DNA of 58,138 nucleotides, the filler included, from Circinaria calcarea (taxonomy: Eukaryota), in NCBI GenBank assembly GCA_051942165.1. It is 5 parts of 5 records of this genome, joined end to end, with 100 filler letters (N's around TTAATTAATTAA, not from the genome) between each part and the next. Parts side by side here need not be neighbours in the genome. Positions count along the whole stretch, not along the records: positions 34,953 to 46,497 come from JAVECS010000671.1; positions 46,598 to 58,138 come from JAVECS010000672.1; 3 more parts are not named here. One strand, 5' to 3'. Position 1 is the stretch's first letter. Each line of letters starts with the position of its first letter. Position numbers and translations under genes: made by a program. Below the pieces are notes generated by a model. The model ran no database searches. It was not told the origin of the DNA and saw only the letters and a program-made list of their open reading frames with translations. Positions 46,348 through 58,138 of this stretch are shown piece by piece.

Positions 46348-46497
46348 CTATGTCGAAGTTAAGATACAGATAAGTACAATACTTGCATATTCAGCCAAAA
46401 AGAAAAATACAAATATAACTGCGGCATGTTCTGTCATAAAACCACTAACTAGTTCAGATTCTGCTTCCGCTAAATCAAAGGGGGCTCTATTTGTTTC
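46348..46497 (-). pseudogene. nad1: Fragment of mitochondrial nad1, ending prematurely; 5' part cut by contig end
   Basis: [49 protein letters not shown], with TAG where the ILFLGG-type motif should follow. Confidence 0.75.
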
Positions 46498-46597
46498 NNN
46501 NNNNNNNNNNNNNNNNNNNNNNNNNNNNNNNNNNNNNNNNNTTAATTAATTAANNNNNNNNNNNNNNNNNNNNNNNNNNNNNNNNNNNNNNNNNNNN
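46498..46597. other. Artificial contig-concatenation linker
   Basis: N44-TTAATTAATTAA-N44. Confidence 0.98.
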
Positions 46598-48014
46598 GTT
46601 TATTTTCCCACAATATCCGATGAATCGTCCGGTCAATGCAACGCCGGTCAGCCTAAGCCGCTATGGCGGTCGCTCTGAAGGCCATTCTTGGAGGCATTTG
46701 GAAGAACAATCTTTTTCCCCACAAATTAGAAATGGAAAAAAGTTTTGCGCCGGGACCGATGTCAGATGGCTTGGCGCTGCGCTAGGATAACCATAGGATA
46801 CAGACATCACTCAAATGTATCTACCGTCTCTCCCCGGAATTGCTGACGAGTAGACACAGTCGGCGTCTTCATGTCTCTGGTCAGAAGGTGACGTGGTTTG
46901 TATCTGTTTCCAGATTTCTTTCCACCTCGCTATAATAGTAATGTGACCCATCGGATGTCACCAAGAAAGCAAGGCAAACACGGACATCTCGTACCGCATA
47001 AAATGGCCAGTGTCCTCCGCGACGGAACCTTTGCCAGGCTGGCATCTCTTGATCTAGATACGACCGCTCGCCTATATAAGAATGGCCCTTAGCAGTCATC
47101 CGTCGTCGGTCATCGTCCCTATCCCTGGTCTTGAAGTCCGCCAAGCTGTGGTCTTCCATTTCTTGACAGTCTCTTCTTCTTTACTTCTTCGGATCTCTGC
47201 ATCATGTGTTATCTTGGCGTGTATTTAGCGGTTAGAATGATAGTGACTTGGCAGTTGTCCCGTCCATGTTCAGATCATTGCAACGGTGTCTGGTACGAAA
47301 CTGTCTTAGCACACTATGTGGAGGGATCGCTGACGAATGCAGTCTCTCGGGAGAGCCGGGAAGTCATTGCAACAGACCCAAGCGTGGAAGGGTGTTGCAG
47401 ACAACTGCGATGACACTATTAGTATACCGATGGGGGGATCATGAGTCTTCTGATGCTAACTATCTGAGCTTACAACCACCCAAATGCGGAGACGCTGGAG
47501 CTGTTGGCTTTGTGGTGGTCTCAGATACCCGATGAGCTGAGTTTCTATCCATCATTCTTTACCCATGACAGGAGCTATAGACTGTTGGTCAATATCTTCG
47601 TTACCCGGTTAGGGTTTGACCGACCCATAGCACACAAAGGGCTTTCAGCCTCATTCAAAATTCCATAAACTCGCCATCATAGTTCAACCCTCTCACTTTC
47701 CCTCTCACTCGTTCTCATCAGCACAGTGTCAGCTCACCCACGGCTTCTCTCACAAAGCCTCACTCATCCTTCATTACTTCACATGCACAGATCACTTCAA
47801 ATCCTACCAGGCACGACGCTGCTGATCCTGCCTTATCTTGCATCTACAGCATCTTTCTAGCTGTAGCTAGAATCTGCCACCATACTCTTTTGTATCCCCT
47901 TCAAGTGAAGTTAACTACATCCGCGATAGACAAGGCTGCTCGACAACTACAAACTCCTTAATTTAGTTGGAACATACGACAGCGACCAGAGATCGGACTG
48001 CAGCGACTACAGTT

Positions 48015-51000
48015 ATGCAACCTTATCGGCCTAATGGGAATAAGGCCATCTTGATAGTAGACGACGACGAGCCGATCAGACCAAAAGAATCAGGTATGAA
48101 ACTTCCCTAATACCAAGGGCAGTCCCTACTTCGCATTGGATGTCTTTTTATATACAATCTTCTGAACTTTCGATCCTTGTCTTTTTGCTTCACTTCCCCA
48201 TTCACATCTGCGCAGCAGAGTCTACAATTTACAGGCCGCACCTCAGCTACTCCCACGTCTTATCAGTCTCCATTCTAATGTTTCACGGCTTTCCTAAATT
48301 TAATTTTGTTAATCTTTAGTGAACAGAGCTCCAGTTCCCTCCTCCGCGATGGTCTCACAATACGTCAAAAAGCACCGTGCCAACGAATGTGTCCTGCCTT
48401 GTACCGACAGTGAAAGCTGTTGAAGGCTCTAAGCCCTCAGCAACGGACCTCCAACCAAAGCGCGTAAACCTGCCACGCAAATTTATAGCTTCTAAGTGGT
48501 CTTTCCCGTCAAGTTCGACCACATCAGCATCAGCATCATCATCATCATCATCACATTTACCGCTCGTTTCTCCGCCTTTAAACGATGTCAGACCGCCTTC
48601 TCCGATTATGCTTACAAGCTTGCCTGGTGCAGAGTATAAGCATACCTTTCAGAAGATGTCCGAGATTTCGTCCGATATCCCCAAGGGACAGAGCATGACA
48701 GGTCAAGGCAGGAAGCAGTGTCAAGCCTCATTCAACGCACAGGAAATCGACGGTCAGACTACCACCGTAACACCTGAAAATATCAGGCGTGGAATGACTG
48801 TCTTATCTCTAGATGACGAAGAGGATGAAATGCCCATAGATCTGACAGCCACAGAGCCAGAGGGAATCCTTGCTCAACAAGCTGCAATCGTCGACTTAAC
48901 ACTTAACCGAGTTGGTTCGGTACAAAGAGGAGATTATATGACTGATGAGCAGCTTCATAGTTGGTTACAGCAGCACACTCCACAGGAGAGACGTCCTAAG
49001 GAACGCCGTCCGGAACGTCGACCTACGGTTGTAACTCAACGAAGGGTCAGTATACCTGAACTTAGAAACGGCCCAATCTTATCACCTTTGGTGGAGTTGA
49101 CTGACTTCAATCACAATGGAGTGATCTTGCGGCCCAATGTCAGTGTTGAACTTGACGACGGAGACTTTATGAGGATAGTGCGCATTATTCGCGACGGTTC
49201 TACTTCGGACGTACGAATTCGAGGTTGGCTTTTCCGGAGGGCGAAAGAGATGAATGCATTACTCGAGAAGAAACTTAACGAGGTCTGCTGGATCTTACAT
49301 GTCGACGAAGATGACCAGAGAGACGCCAAGGTACAGGCGCTTGAGGAGGTCAGTGTGAGCAATATCATTAAGAGAAGGTGTATCAAAGTGACAAACCTGC
49401 CATTCCCAGAGCTAAGCTACAGATTTGACGTCCCCGAATGTAAGCAGGTAGTTTACAATGAAAGAGTCCTCGTCTGTCGGTGGAAGTACATATGTTCGTA
49501 CGCTAATGCCCGTGCGAGATCAAATAACGCCTGGTGTGAGAGAGCATTACTACTCCTTCGGCGGGAAGAATGCGATGGCAACTCTGGTGTTAGTGATGAA
49601 TCTCGCCGGCATGCCTTTCGAGACCGTACTGTTAAAGGTGGAGCTTGCTTTGGCATGTCTCCCAACGAAGAGGCACATCTTCAAAGAGAAAGGACCGTAA
49701 GAGAAAACGCAAGAATACGAAGAGAGCCAACCGGTCGGTCTCCTTTGACTCCTGGTGCTATGATGGACTTTGCCAGATACGATACGCCATATACTTCCTC
49801 GGACAGTCCCATTGATAGCTCGCGGTCAGCGTCTATCTCATTGATTACTGAGTCGGATTGGAACCCAAGTCCCTCGACTGTCAAGGACTGGCTGGCAGAT
49901 GACGTTTCCCGAAACAATTTCTGTAATGCTTCAATTGAAAACCCCCCTGCACCGACCACTGCCAAAAGAAAAGTGCCACCCAAAATCGATCTTACTGGCC
50001 ACGAAATTATCGAAGTGGACGCTCAATTTCAGGTGAAGTCTCGCCAAGGCATGTTCAAACAGAAATGGCACATAACAACGCAACGCTCCTGGCCTTTCAC
50101 GGAGCCTGATCAAAACCAAGGCAAAGCTTATCAGGCAAAGCGCCCACGAAAGACATACCCCAGTCAATTCGCCTCTCGTTGTGGACAATACAGTAGGACG
50201 CCTACTAGCTTTAGCTGCAGTTCTCTCGCTTCATCTCAAACGAGTAGCGAGGGAACTGTTGGTAAGGAGCGATCCCCTTCCGTGGTGGTTCTTGAAAAAG
50301 CTCCTGTCAAGAATTCGATAGGCACGCCATCTTTACCTAAAGTCACTGCGCTTGGTCAAGACAAGAGTTGGACCACACTAACTTCATCGCCTACTGCAAG
50401 ACAAGAGGGAGAATTTTTAGAAAATTGTACTGCCGGTCAGCGTTATGTGCTCGGAGATGGGTTTTGCGGCGCCGGGGGGACCTCCAGGGGTGCGCTTATG
50501 GCTGGTTTACACGTCGACTGGGGCTTTGACATGAATGAACACGCTTGTAACTCCTGGACTGTGAACTTTCCTTATGCCAAGATCCATTGTTTATGGGCTG
50601 ACGAGTTTGCAACTCACAAAACCATGAATCCCAGAGTGGACGTTCTTCATCTGTCTCCTCCTTGCCAATTCTTCTCTCCTGCGCACACTACAGCCGGTCG
50701 GAATGATGAGCAGAATGTCGCGTCCTCATTTGCAATCACTTATCTACTCAAGAAGACCAAACCTCGGATTGTCACCATCGAAAACACGTCCGGTCTGGTC
50801 AATAGACATTTTGTTTACATGAACGCCGTTGTCCACCTGTTCACTTCTATTGGCTTCAGTATTCGTTGGAAGATTTTGAATTTTGCGGATTTTGGAGTGC
50901 CGCAGCGGCGCATTAGGCTTGTGGTGATTGCTTCATGGTATGTTTCCCTGAAGCCACTGACGGGGTCGCTTTACTTCCATTAACATTCCTTTCTCCAGCC

Positions 51001-51425
51001 CCGGCGAAGCTCTTCCACATTTTCCAAAGCCGACCCACTCGTCAAATCCCCAACAGACCGGCCTGAAGCCATGGGCAACGACCAGCGACCACATAGCCCA
51101 TATACCCGCATACTGGCCCGATCATAACACTAATACAGTCCGAAAACTTGACCGACCTCCTACTAACGGTGATACACTGTTAAAGTGCATGACCACAAAT
51201 GGACAAGGCCAAGTTCACCCGAGCGGAAGACGAGCTTTTACCAATCGAGAGTGGGCATGCTTGCAGGGGTTTCCGTTGGAACACAGGTTCGGAAAGAAGG
51301 AGGTCAAGAAACAGATTGGCAACGCTGTCCCTCCGATCTTCGCAAAGGCTCTCATGGAGCACATCAAGAAGAGTTTGATGAAGGCGGACGGCCTCCCTGA
51401 AGTTGAGGAGGTGGAGATACTTTAG
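48015..51425 (+). CDS. rid: C5-cytosine DNA methyltransferase of the RID/Masc1/DmtA family; probable exons 48015-48093, 48327-50937, 50999-51425 (first exon tentative)
   Basis: Motif I GDGFCGAGG, motif IV HLSPPCQFFSPAHT, motif VI IENTSGL, motif VIII GVPQRRIRL, ASCPGEALPHFPKPTH across the intron, motif X QIGNAVPP. Upstream VELDDGDFMRI...RGWLFRR...KKLNEVCWI block is typical of RID. Confidence 0.9.
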
Positions 51426-52107
51426 GCGCGGATGATTCTCGATGAGCAAGTTACAACGCGGGAAGGCCATGCATGTGTGTTTGGAAAGGGAACAATGGCG
51501 GTTTCTAAGGTAAGAAAACATGGGCCAGCTGGCTGTCTGCGCTCGAGGAGGACGACGACCGAGAATCACATGCCCTGCTTAAAAGTACAAGTGTGGACAG
51601 GTTTTGATGCAAGCAACGTCTTGACAGCTCTGTCACTGGACATTTTATCAAACAATTGTGGGGCTTAATGGAAGAGAAAGGCGGTCCTCAAGCTCTGGGA
51701 CCATTTCTCCAGGCGGTCGACTATGACCTTGGCCTCGGAAGGCTGCAAGTCGACTCTGCTGCTCTGGAGTGTAGGGCGAGAGCACAGACGGAGATTCGAC
51801 TCTCCTCTCGGTAGACTTGGCCAGTGATAGTAATAAAAGTTGGGATTGTAGATTACACGAATAGCTTTTGCCGCCGCTCGTTCTTCCATGGGGGAAGTTT
51901 GCGGTCTCATCAGGTCCATCGATAATGTCACCATGCTAGTCCTGTAGAAAATAATTTGCCAAGTAAAAGAGCCGAAATTCTGTTAATACACTCTTCCTTC
52001 ATGTTACAAACGTGGTATACTGCAATGCTGCACCTGTACTAGCATCCGTAAAGGATGCTAGCCGTGCAAACCTCCTTCGTCCCCCCTTCCCTCTCCCCTC
52101 CCCAACT

Positions 52108-53406
52108 TTAGAGCTGCACCTCGCTGAAACTCCCTCCGTCGCTCGGTTTTCTCGACAGGTGACTCCGACCCGGTTCCTGCCCTCCTCCGAGAGTTGCCGG
52201 GGACTTTGGTGCAGATGAATCAAAGGGCGATTGGACCAGATCTCTCGGCTGCGGCGGGCGGTACTCCTGCCGTACCGGCTCTGGCGTCAGGTCGTCCTCG
52301 TCTTCGGACGTTTCGGCCGATTCTGGCGTCTCGGCGGTTGGTCCTGGTTTATCTTTTGCCGGCGGGGTCGGTGGAGGTGGTGTCTGTGCCATTTTCGTGC
52401 CCGTCCCATTTGTGCTCGTCCGCGGAGAGACGGCGGAGCCTGGTGTCTGGGCCGTTGAGGAAGTTTGAGGCCGGGGTTGGTCCTGCTGCTGGCTTGCCGT
52501 TGGGATCGGTCGGATGCTGGTCTGGCTGTCCGTCCGTCTGGATTGGGGTTGCACATTCACGCCCTGGCCGACTTGCCGGAGACGTGGGTCGGCGTTGAGG
52601 TAGTAACCGCGCACGCCCACGATTCTGCCCTCCCGTTCACAACCTTCTACCCATTCCGGGCGAACGACGGGGATGTTCATCTCGACTGCCCTTTCCCACT
52701 CACGGCCCCTGCCTTCGGTGCAGACGAAGTGCGTGGTGTCGATTCGGACGCTTTCGACAACCTTGCCTCCTATCCTCTCCACCGCTCCGGCGAGACTGTA
52801 CCTCAACGGCGCGGGGAGGACTCCAGGTGTGACAGTGATTCCTGACAGGTCTGTCATTTTATGGGTGCGAACTGTCAGCTTTTCGCTGCTATATTGGCCC
52901 GCGCTTGTTCTTAGCACCAGATGAAAGGTGTACGCCGTATCAACAGCCAACCCACTGATCTTTGTACTAGTAACCTCGAGGGGCCTGGGGATATTGCCCG
53001 CTTTGCTGCCGTTGCGGTAGAGGCTCAGCGAGCGTAGTTCAGCAGTAGCGAGAGAGATGGGATCCCACTCCAAGACCACCGAGGTTTGGGTTGCATTGCG
53101 GCAGCGGAGGAGCGGCGCTGAGGGGGAGGTTTGGCCGTATGTGGTGTAAATGTCGGATTGGAGGGCCAGGAAGGCTTTTTGGGTGGCTGATTCGGAGGCG
53201 TGATTCCGGGAGACTGTTATATCGACGATACTGCCGGACGAGATCGAATCGGGTAGGAGGATGGAGGGAAATTCGATCTAGTAAGAGGCATAGTTTAGTG
53301 TAGGCACACTCTGGGGGCAGTGGGCGGTATCTACCAGTCTTTTGTCTTTGGTCAGAAGAACGGCTACGCCAGCATCGACCTTGCCAACGGTCAAGGAGAT
53401 CAGCAT
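52108..53406 (-). CDS. CHS5: Exomer subunit / chitin biosynthesis protein Chs5 (FN3 + BRCT)
   Basis: MLISLTVGKVDAGVAVLLTKDKRL, an intron, then IEFPSILLP...LRCRNATQTSVVLEWDP...RTHKMTDLSGITV...DTTHFVCTEG...IPVVRPEWV. Confidence 0.95.
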
Positions 53407-53753
53407 TGTACCGAGAGCCCTATGTCTGAGTGCAGCGGTAAGACGGGTAACTATCTTTGCGTACACACAATGGGAGCCCTGGATGCGATGCGATGCGCTG
53501 ATTTGGGACAGGGATCCTTTTCTCCTGCACGCATGGACCAAGCGCTAGGCACCTGCCCTGTCGCTCCCCTGAAGCAGTATCTTAGGTAGGTACTCGGTAT
53601 GTAAGTTAAGTAAACAGCCACGCTGCAGTTAAAGCTGCTTTATCAATGGCATAGCCCCTTTTGATACAGTACGGATGACAACTTTGTAGTTATCGAATAA
53701 CGAGTTTGAAGCCTGCGATGCCTGTATACATTGATATGCTCCGTTCCTCAACC

Positions 53754-54251
53754 TTATACACGTCTCCCTCCAGGAGTCAAACCATGCCTTTCGTCCTGGC
53801 GGATGATTTTATCCACAATTAGCCCGGTATCATGCTGAACCGTAGCGAAGCTGGCCTTGATGACCGGTGGAAGCGTAAAGATCTCGAGCGTGCCCTTCAG
53901 TGACACCTTCCGCTCCCGAGAAAAAGACCCATTCAGGACCCGTCCGTTCCCATCAAAACCCCGAGACGCCAGGGCGGCCACAAAGCCCCTCCTCAACCTC
54001 CGTTGGATCCACGACCGAAGAACCCTTTTCTCGTTCATGTGGTTGGCCACGACATTCCACCACAGGGAGTCTTTGCTGCGAGTCTCGTATTTTCTCTTGG
54101 TCGGCTCATACAGGACGTGCGATTTGTTGGCGAGTATTGTTTTGGCGGCAAATCCTGGTCGGTGATGCCGATTCCACGAAAAGCGACAGACTGTGAGACC
54201 GAGCACAGGGGAATATGGGCTGGGACGGACAGGTCGAATAGAATTTTTCAT
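53754..54251 (-). CDS. Basic 165-aa hypothetical protein, possibly RNase P protein (RnpA)-like fold
   Basis: Intact ORF with LWWNV...KRVLRSWIQRRLRRGFVAALASRGFDGNG...LKGTLEI. The fold assignment is an impression only. Confidence 0.55.
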   Translation of the reverse strand: MKNSIRPVRPSPYSPVLGLTVCRFSWNRHHRPGFAAKTILANKSHVLYEPTKRKYETRSKDSLWWNVVANHMNEKRVLRSWIQRRLRRGFVAALASRGFDGNGRVLNGSFSRERKVSLKGTLEIFTLPPVIKASFATVQHDTGLIVDKIIRQDERHGLTPGGRRV

Positions 54252-54338
54252 TTCCCTCTTCTTTTCTTGACCTCTGATGAAGAAGCACCTTCAAGGCTCA
54301 AGCGAGGTGGTTGGCTTATTTCCTAGGAACATAAGGTA

Positions 54339-54787
54339 ACCGTACCCCACTAAGCTCCTGCTTAGTACCCAACACCTCAATAATAGAATCGGCTTAATGA
54401 TAGAAAATTATTTAGGTGTAAAACACGTATATTCGCGGTTCTACATCACGACTTCGAAAATTTAACTAGTTATATATATTCTGCTATTTGTTTATTTATG
54501 AGATCTTCAGATGATCGCGATTAGAAGATTAAAAATAATAGTACGCAATATTTATCACTTGCTATAGTTTAGGATATCTATATACGCGAAGATAAAAATA
54601 ATTTTCGGATATGATTAATTAATATATCAGAATAAGAATTATAGCTTAAAGTAATAATTTCTGGTGTTACGTTGTAAAGATATTGATGTTTCAAAACGTT
54701 GATTTTGTATATAAAATGAAGTCTATTGTTGAGCCGATTCTATCGTTGAGGTGTTGGGTACTAAGCGGGAGCTTAGTGGGGTACGGT
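54339..54787. mobile_element. 449-bp non-autonomous Tc1/mariner-type element (MITE) with 66-bp TIRs and TA target-site duplication
   Basis: 54339-54404 versus reverse complement of 54722-54787: 60/66 identical. TA at 54337-38 and 54788-89; very AT-rich non-coding interior. Confidence 0.9.
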
Positions 54788-55265
54788 TATGACGATTTAT
54801 CATTGCAGAACATAATAATGCGGAATATACCGTAACCGGGCCGACAAGAACCTGGTGATTTAGGTTCTGCTAGTGATTTGATCGCTGTAACCTTGATTCT
54901 CAGTCTTTTGGGCCGAGAGCTTTCCAAAAATTCCCGGGGAACTGCTAGAAATTGCCCAGTTCGACGAGACAGATATCTTCTCTGGCTTCACGTCCTCTGC
55001 AGGTGGATGGATGAGAGAAGGCTTGCAGACTTTGGCGGTGGTAAATATGGGTATGTGGGTGTGGGTTACAGGAGTTCCGCTGAGTATGGAGATTAGAGCC
55101 ACGCTATGGAGAAACAGATTCATGTCAACAAACAAGCTTGACTAATAATCTCTTGTCGGTTTGTTCGTTGCTTTACACGGTCTATGGTGCTTTACACCGC
55201 TCGAAGCTAGTAGCGCCAGCACTATAGGAGTCCGGACCAGCTTGGTGAATGGAACCCCTCCCTTC

Positions 55266-58138
55266 TCATTCCTCGAAGACGCTCCTATTGAAAAACCTGT
55301 AAATCTGCCGCCCCGCCTCTTTGCCGACCATGACATCTAGTTCATCCTCCTCCAGATTACTGACCTCCAGCAAATTCCCAACTTCCAGTGTAATCCGGCT
55401 CATATTCTTGCTTATAATTCCTGGGACCGCTCGCAGCATATCATGTGGGGTTTGGTTGAAGCTCTGATCACTCGGATCTTCATTAACGTTGAGGCCAATC
55501 TGGACTGCTTTGATAGGATCCGGCTCGTCCTGGTTCTTCTTCAGTTCTTCAAAGATCTCAGCGGTCTGGTAGGGTGACGATGACCAGATCACTTTTAGTC
55601 GAGGGAAGGCTAAAGTGAGGAGTACGAGACGGGACTGGAGATCCGAAGGATTGGAGGCTGTGGTCATGGTGTTCGTGTGATCCGCAAAGGGATCGAGCGT
55701 AAAAGACTTGTTTTGTTCGAACTCGATGAGGAGCATAGGATGCTTGTAATGCTGGAGCATCGTTTCAGCTTGATTGAATAACCGACCGTTCTTGAAGGAG
55801 GATATCAGATCCCTGACTGATTTGCGTTCTACGCAAATCGTGGGGCTGAGGACGTAGTCGCCTACGGTGAGCATACAGGGAACAACTATCATACTACGCC
55901 CATGAAGGAGGGAAGGGAGAGAGCTGCGGAATTCCCGGACATCAACGACCACGCGAGGTGGTTCTGCGGTGGCGGCGAGACGTCCGCCACCTGCTATACG
56001 GGTATTCACTGTACGTAGGAACTGTTCTTGAGGATCGTCGGGGGCATTGCCATCTAGCGTCAGGGTGACAGCCATGTTCTATACTCACGTTAGCTCCTGT
56101 CAGTGCAGGTGAGCCACTATCGGTATGCTTACTCCTTTCTCTCTAATTAGCCTCGTAAAAGCATCCTTCTCTCGTCTGACGGCACTCAAGTACCTCTGTT
56201 CTTCGACAGATCCTCCATAGTACATAAAATAAACCCTGACGTTTCGGTCGTGGGAGCTTCGATAAACCTCAACTCGTCGTATGAAAGCAGCATCTGGCTC
56301 GTACATGATAACATATCGCGGTCTTACTTCTTCCAATACGTGTTCATCCATATCTCCGTCATAAGGATGTACAACGACTAGATCACTCATTTCATAGAGC
56401 TCGAAAAAATCTTCCATGTCATCAAGCAAATCCACAACAACATCCTCCTTCTGTAAATCAGCGGCGTTTGCCGGCTGAATCTCTGCCATCAGGCTTGCCA
56501 CTTGAGTGGCCTTATCTTCCGCAAATTGTAGGTTACCATTGACTGCCCTGCCGCCACCGGCTGCAGCCGCTGCTCCACCTCTGACTCTACGTCTCTTATT
56601 GGGAGGGCCTTTACCACGGTTACCACTGGCAGTCTTTTGGTCAACGAAGCCTTCAAGCGCTCTCTGGTTCTCGTTGAACAATGATGCACTGACTTTGGCG
56701 AAATCTCTCTTCCAATTCAAGTAATTGCGCAAATGTCTGCGCATCATGAAAGTCGCTGATGGTTTCAATTCTCGTTCTGCGTCTTTCTTGATGTTCTCAG
56801 CTTCAATGATCGTCTCCTGTCTTATATGCATAGTTTGCAGGTATTCTCGAATTTGTCGACAGGTACCCTGATCGGAGCACATGATTAGGATAGTACCACT
56901 TGAGTCATCTCGGATGGTAGGATTAAAATAGACGTCGCGTTCAATCTCTTCCAAAACCTCAGCTAGAAGAGACCATTTCGGTTGCTCTTCTAATACCGGA
57001 CGGAGAGAATCTGGTAATGCTCTTGAAGTGCCTGGTGTATCAGCGTCATCAGATTCCCCGGTGTAGACTCGGCGCTTAGCCGTCTCGAATAGGATGTTCG
57101 CTGCATCAAGGAACAGCCAAGGAGACTGATTCTGCCGAGTAGATCCAGGTGGTGGTTGGTGTGCTGCAAGGATTGTATCCAAGTACTTGTTGAAAGACAC
57201 AGCATCATAGGTAAGTAGTGCACTAATTAACTCAGTTAAGCCATATGTTATAGGAGTCGTAGTTCACATACTGGAGGATGCTTCGAAGAACAGTTAAATC
57301 ATTAACAATCTGTCTGGTTCTGTAGCTGACTCGGTGCCATATAGGATCCAATTGACGTCGTATAAAAACATCAAAGCTTCTATGCAACGCGCTATCCAAT
57401 GTCCAATCGTCCAGCTCCAGGCCTGTTCCGGCCTTTCTCAGCTCACCAATGCTAACCTCGACACACTCCAGGATAGCGTTCTGGATATCCCTCATGCTGT
57501 CAGTAAGAGGCACTTCAAGTTCAATGACCTCAGCCTTCTTACGACCTTCGAGCGACTTTGCCACAGAAACGTGGAATCGGGGCCATAGTGAAGGCTTTCG
57601 CAGGAACAGATTACGCATCATGCTTGCTAGAGGCGCAAAACCAGTAGTGAAGGGCTCAGGATTATCGGAAAAGGCTTTGAGAAACCCCGATTTATTCAAC
57701 TGGCGGTATATACGTATGATGAAGGCCTCGATCGACGTTGCGATAATCCTGCAGAAGGGTTAACTTGGTGAGCTCCCACAAGATGCGGTATGGCTATCGA
57801 AACCTTTCAGAATGCAAGACTACTAAACCCGTAACTGTCTCTGGATTGAGCAATCCTGCAGTAAGCTTAGTGACAGGTCTACATTGAGAACTCATGGCAC
57901 GTACTCGATAGGAGATCGACGACAAGAATCCTCGAGGTTATACTGAAGATCCCGCCATGCGAGTACATCTTCTCCCTGATCTGGCTCAACCAGGGTAACT
58001 TGACGGGCCAGCCCGGATCTCATACCTCGTTCCAACACTCATCATGTCCGTACTGACTTGACTGAGCCCCCTTGCCATTGGCGACTTGCTGACGGCAGCG
58101 TGCTCCGCCAACGCTTCACCGATCCATCCATTTTCCCT
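55266..58138 (-). CDS. RAD1: DNA repair endonuclease Rad1/XPF/MEI-9, 5' end cut by window end
   Basis: VVVDVREFRSSLP, GDYVLSPTICVERKS (ERCC4 nuclease), LEEQPKW, YGGSVEEQRYL, KAFSDNPE, RILVVDLL; several GT-AG introns. Confidence 0.96.

Noticed and set aside
46598..48000. Short ORFs upstream of rid
   Set aside because: No recognisable motifs; treated as intergenic or promoter sequence.

Overview
This window is not one locus. It is five unrelated ~11.55 kb contigs (1-11552, 11653-23203, 23304-34852, 34953-46497, 46598-58138), sorted by decreasing length and joined by artificial 100-nt N44-TTAATTAATTAA-N44 linkers. The source is a filamentous ascomycete (spliceosomal GT-AG introns with CTRAC branch sites); the exact lineage cannot be fixed from the sequence. 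Contig 1: 3' end of UBR1, ssr4, a WDR5/Swd3 WD40 gene, ISC1, a secreted protein with a CNF1/CheD-like Cys-x14-His motif and a divergent ankyrin gene. Contig 2: a Tra2-like SR protein gene head-to-head with SF3B1, an unannotated multi-intron gene with PP1-docking-like motifs, and a MITE. Contig 3: two paralogous genes of unknown function and a truncated ERG26-like gene. Contig 4: mitochondrial DNA (code 4) with cox1 split by five group I introns (4 LAGLIDADG, 1 GIY-YIG) plus nad1 and cob fragments. Contig 5: RID/Masc1-type DNA methyltransferase, CHS5, a transition-mutated MITE and RAD1/XPF. The strongest novelty candidate is the cox1 3' end: Cox1 has no stop at its usual terminus and reads into a 288-aa extension with no recognisable homing-endonuclease motif, followed immediately by a displaced, degenerate copy of the cox1 3' end and of the extension's start. 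This is the footprint expected of a gene-terminus-invading element. The second candidate is the secreted deamidase-like protein paired with an ankyrin gene. All family assignments are from motif recognition by eye, not database searches.
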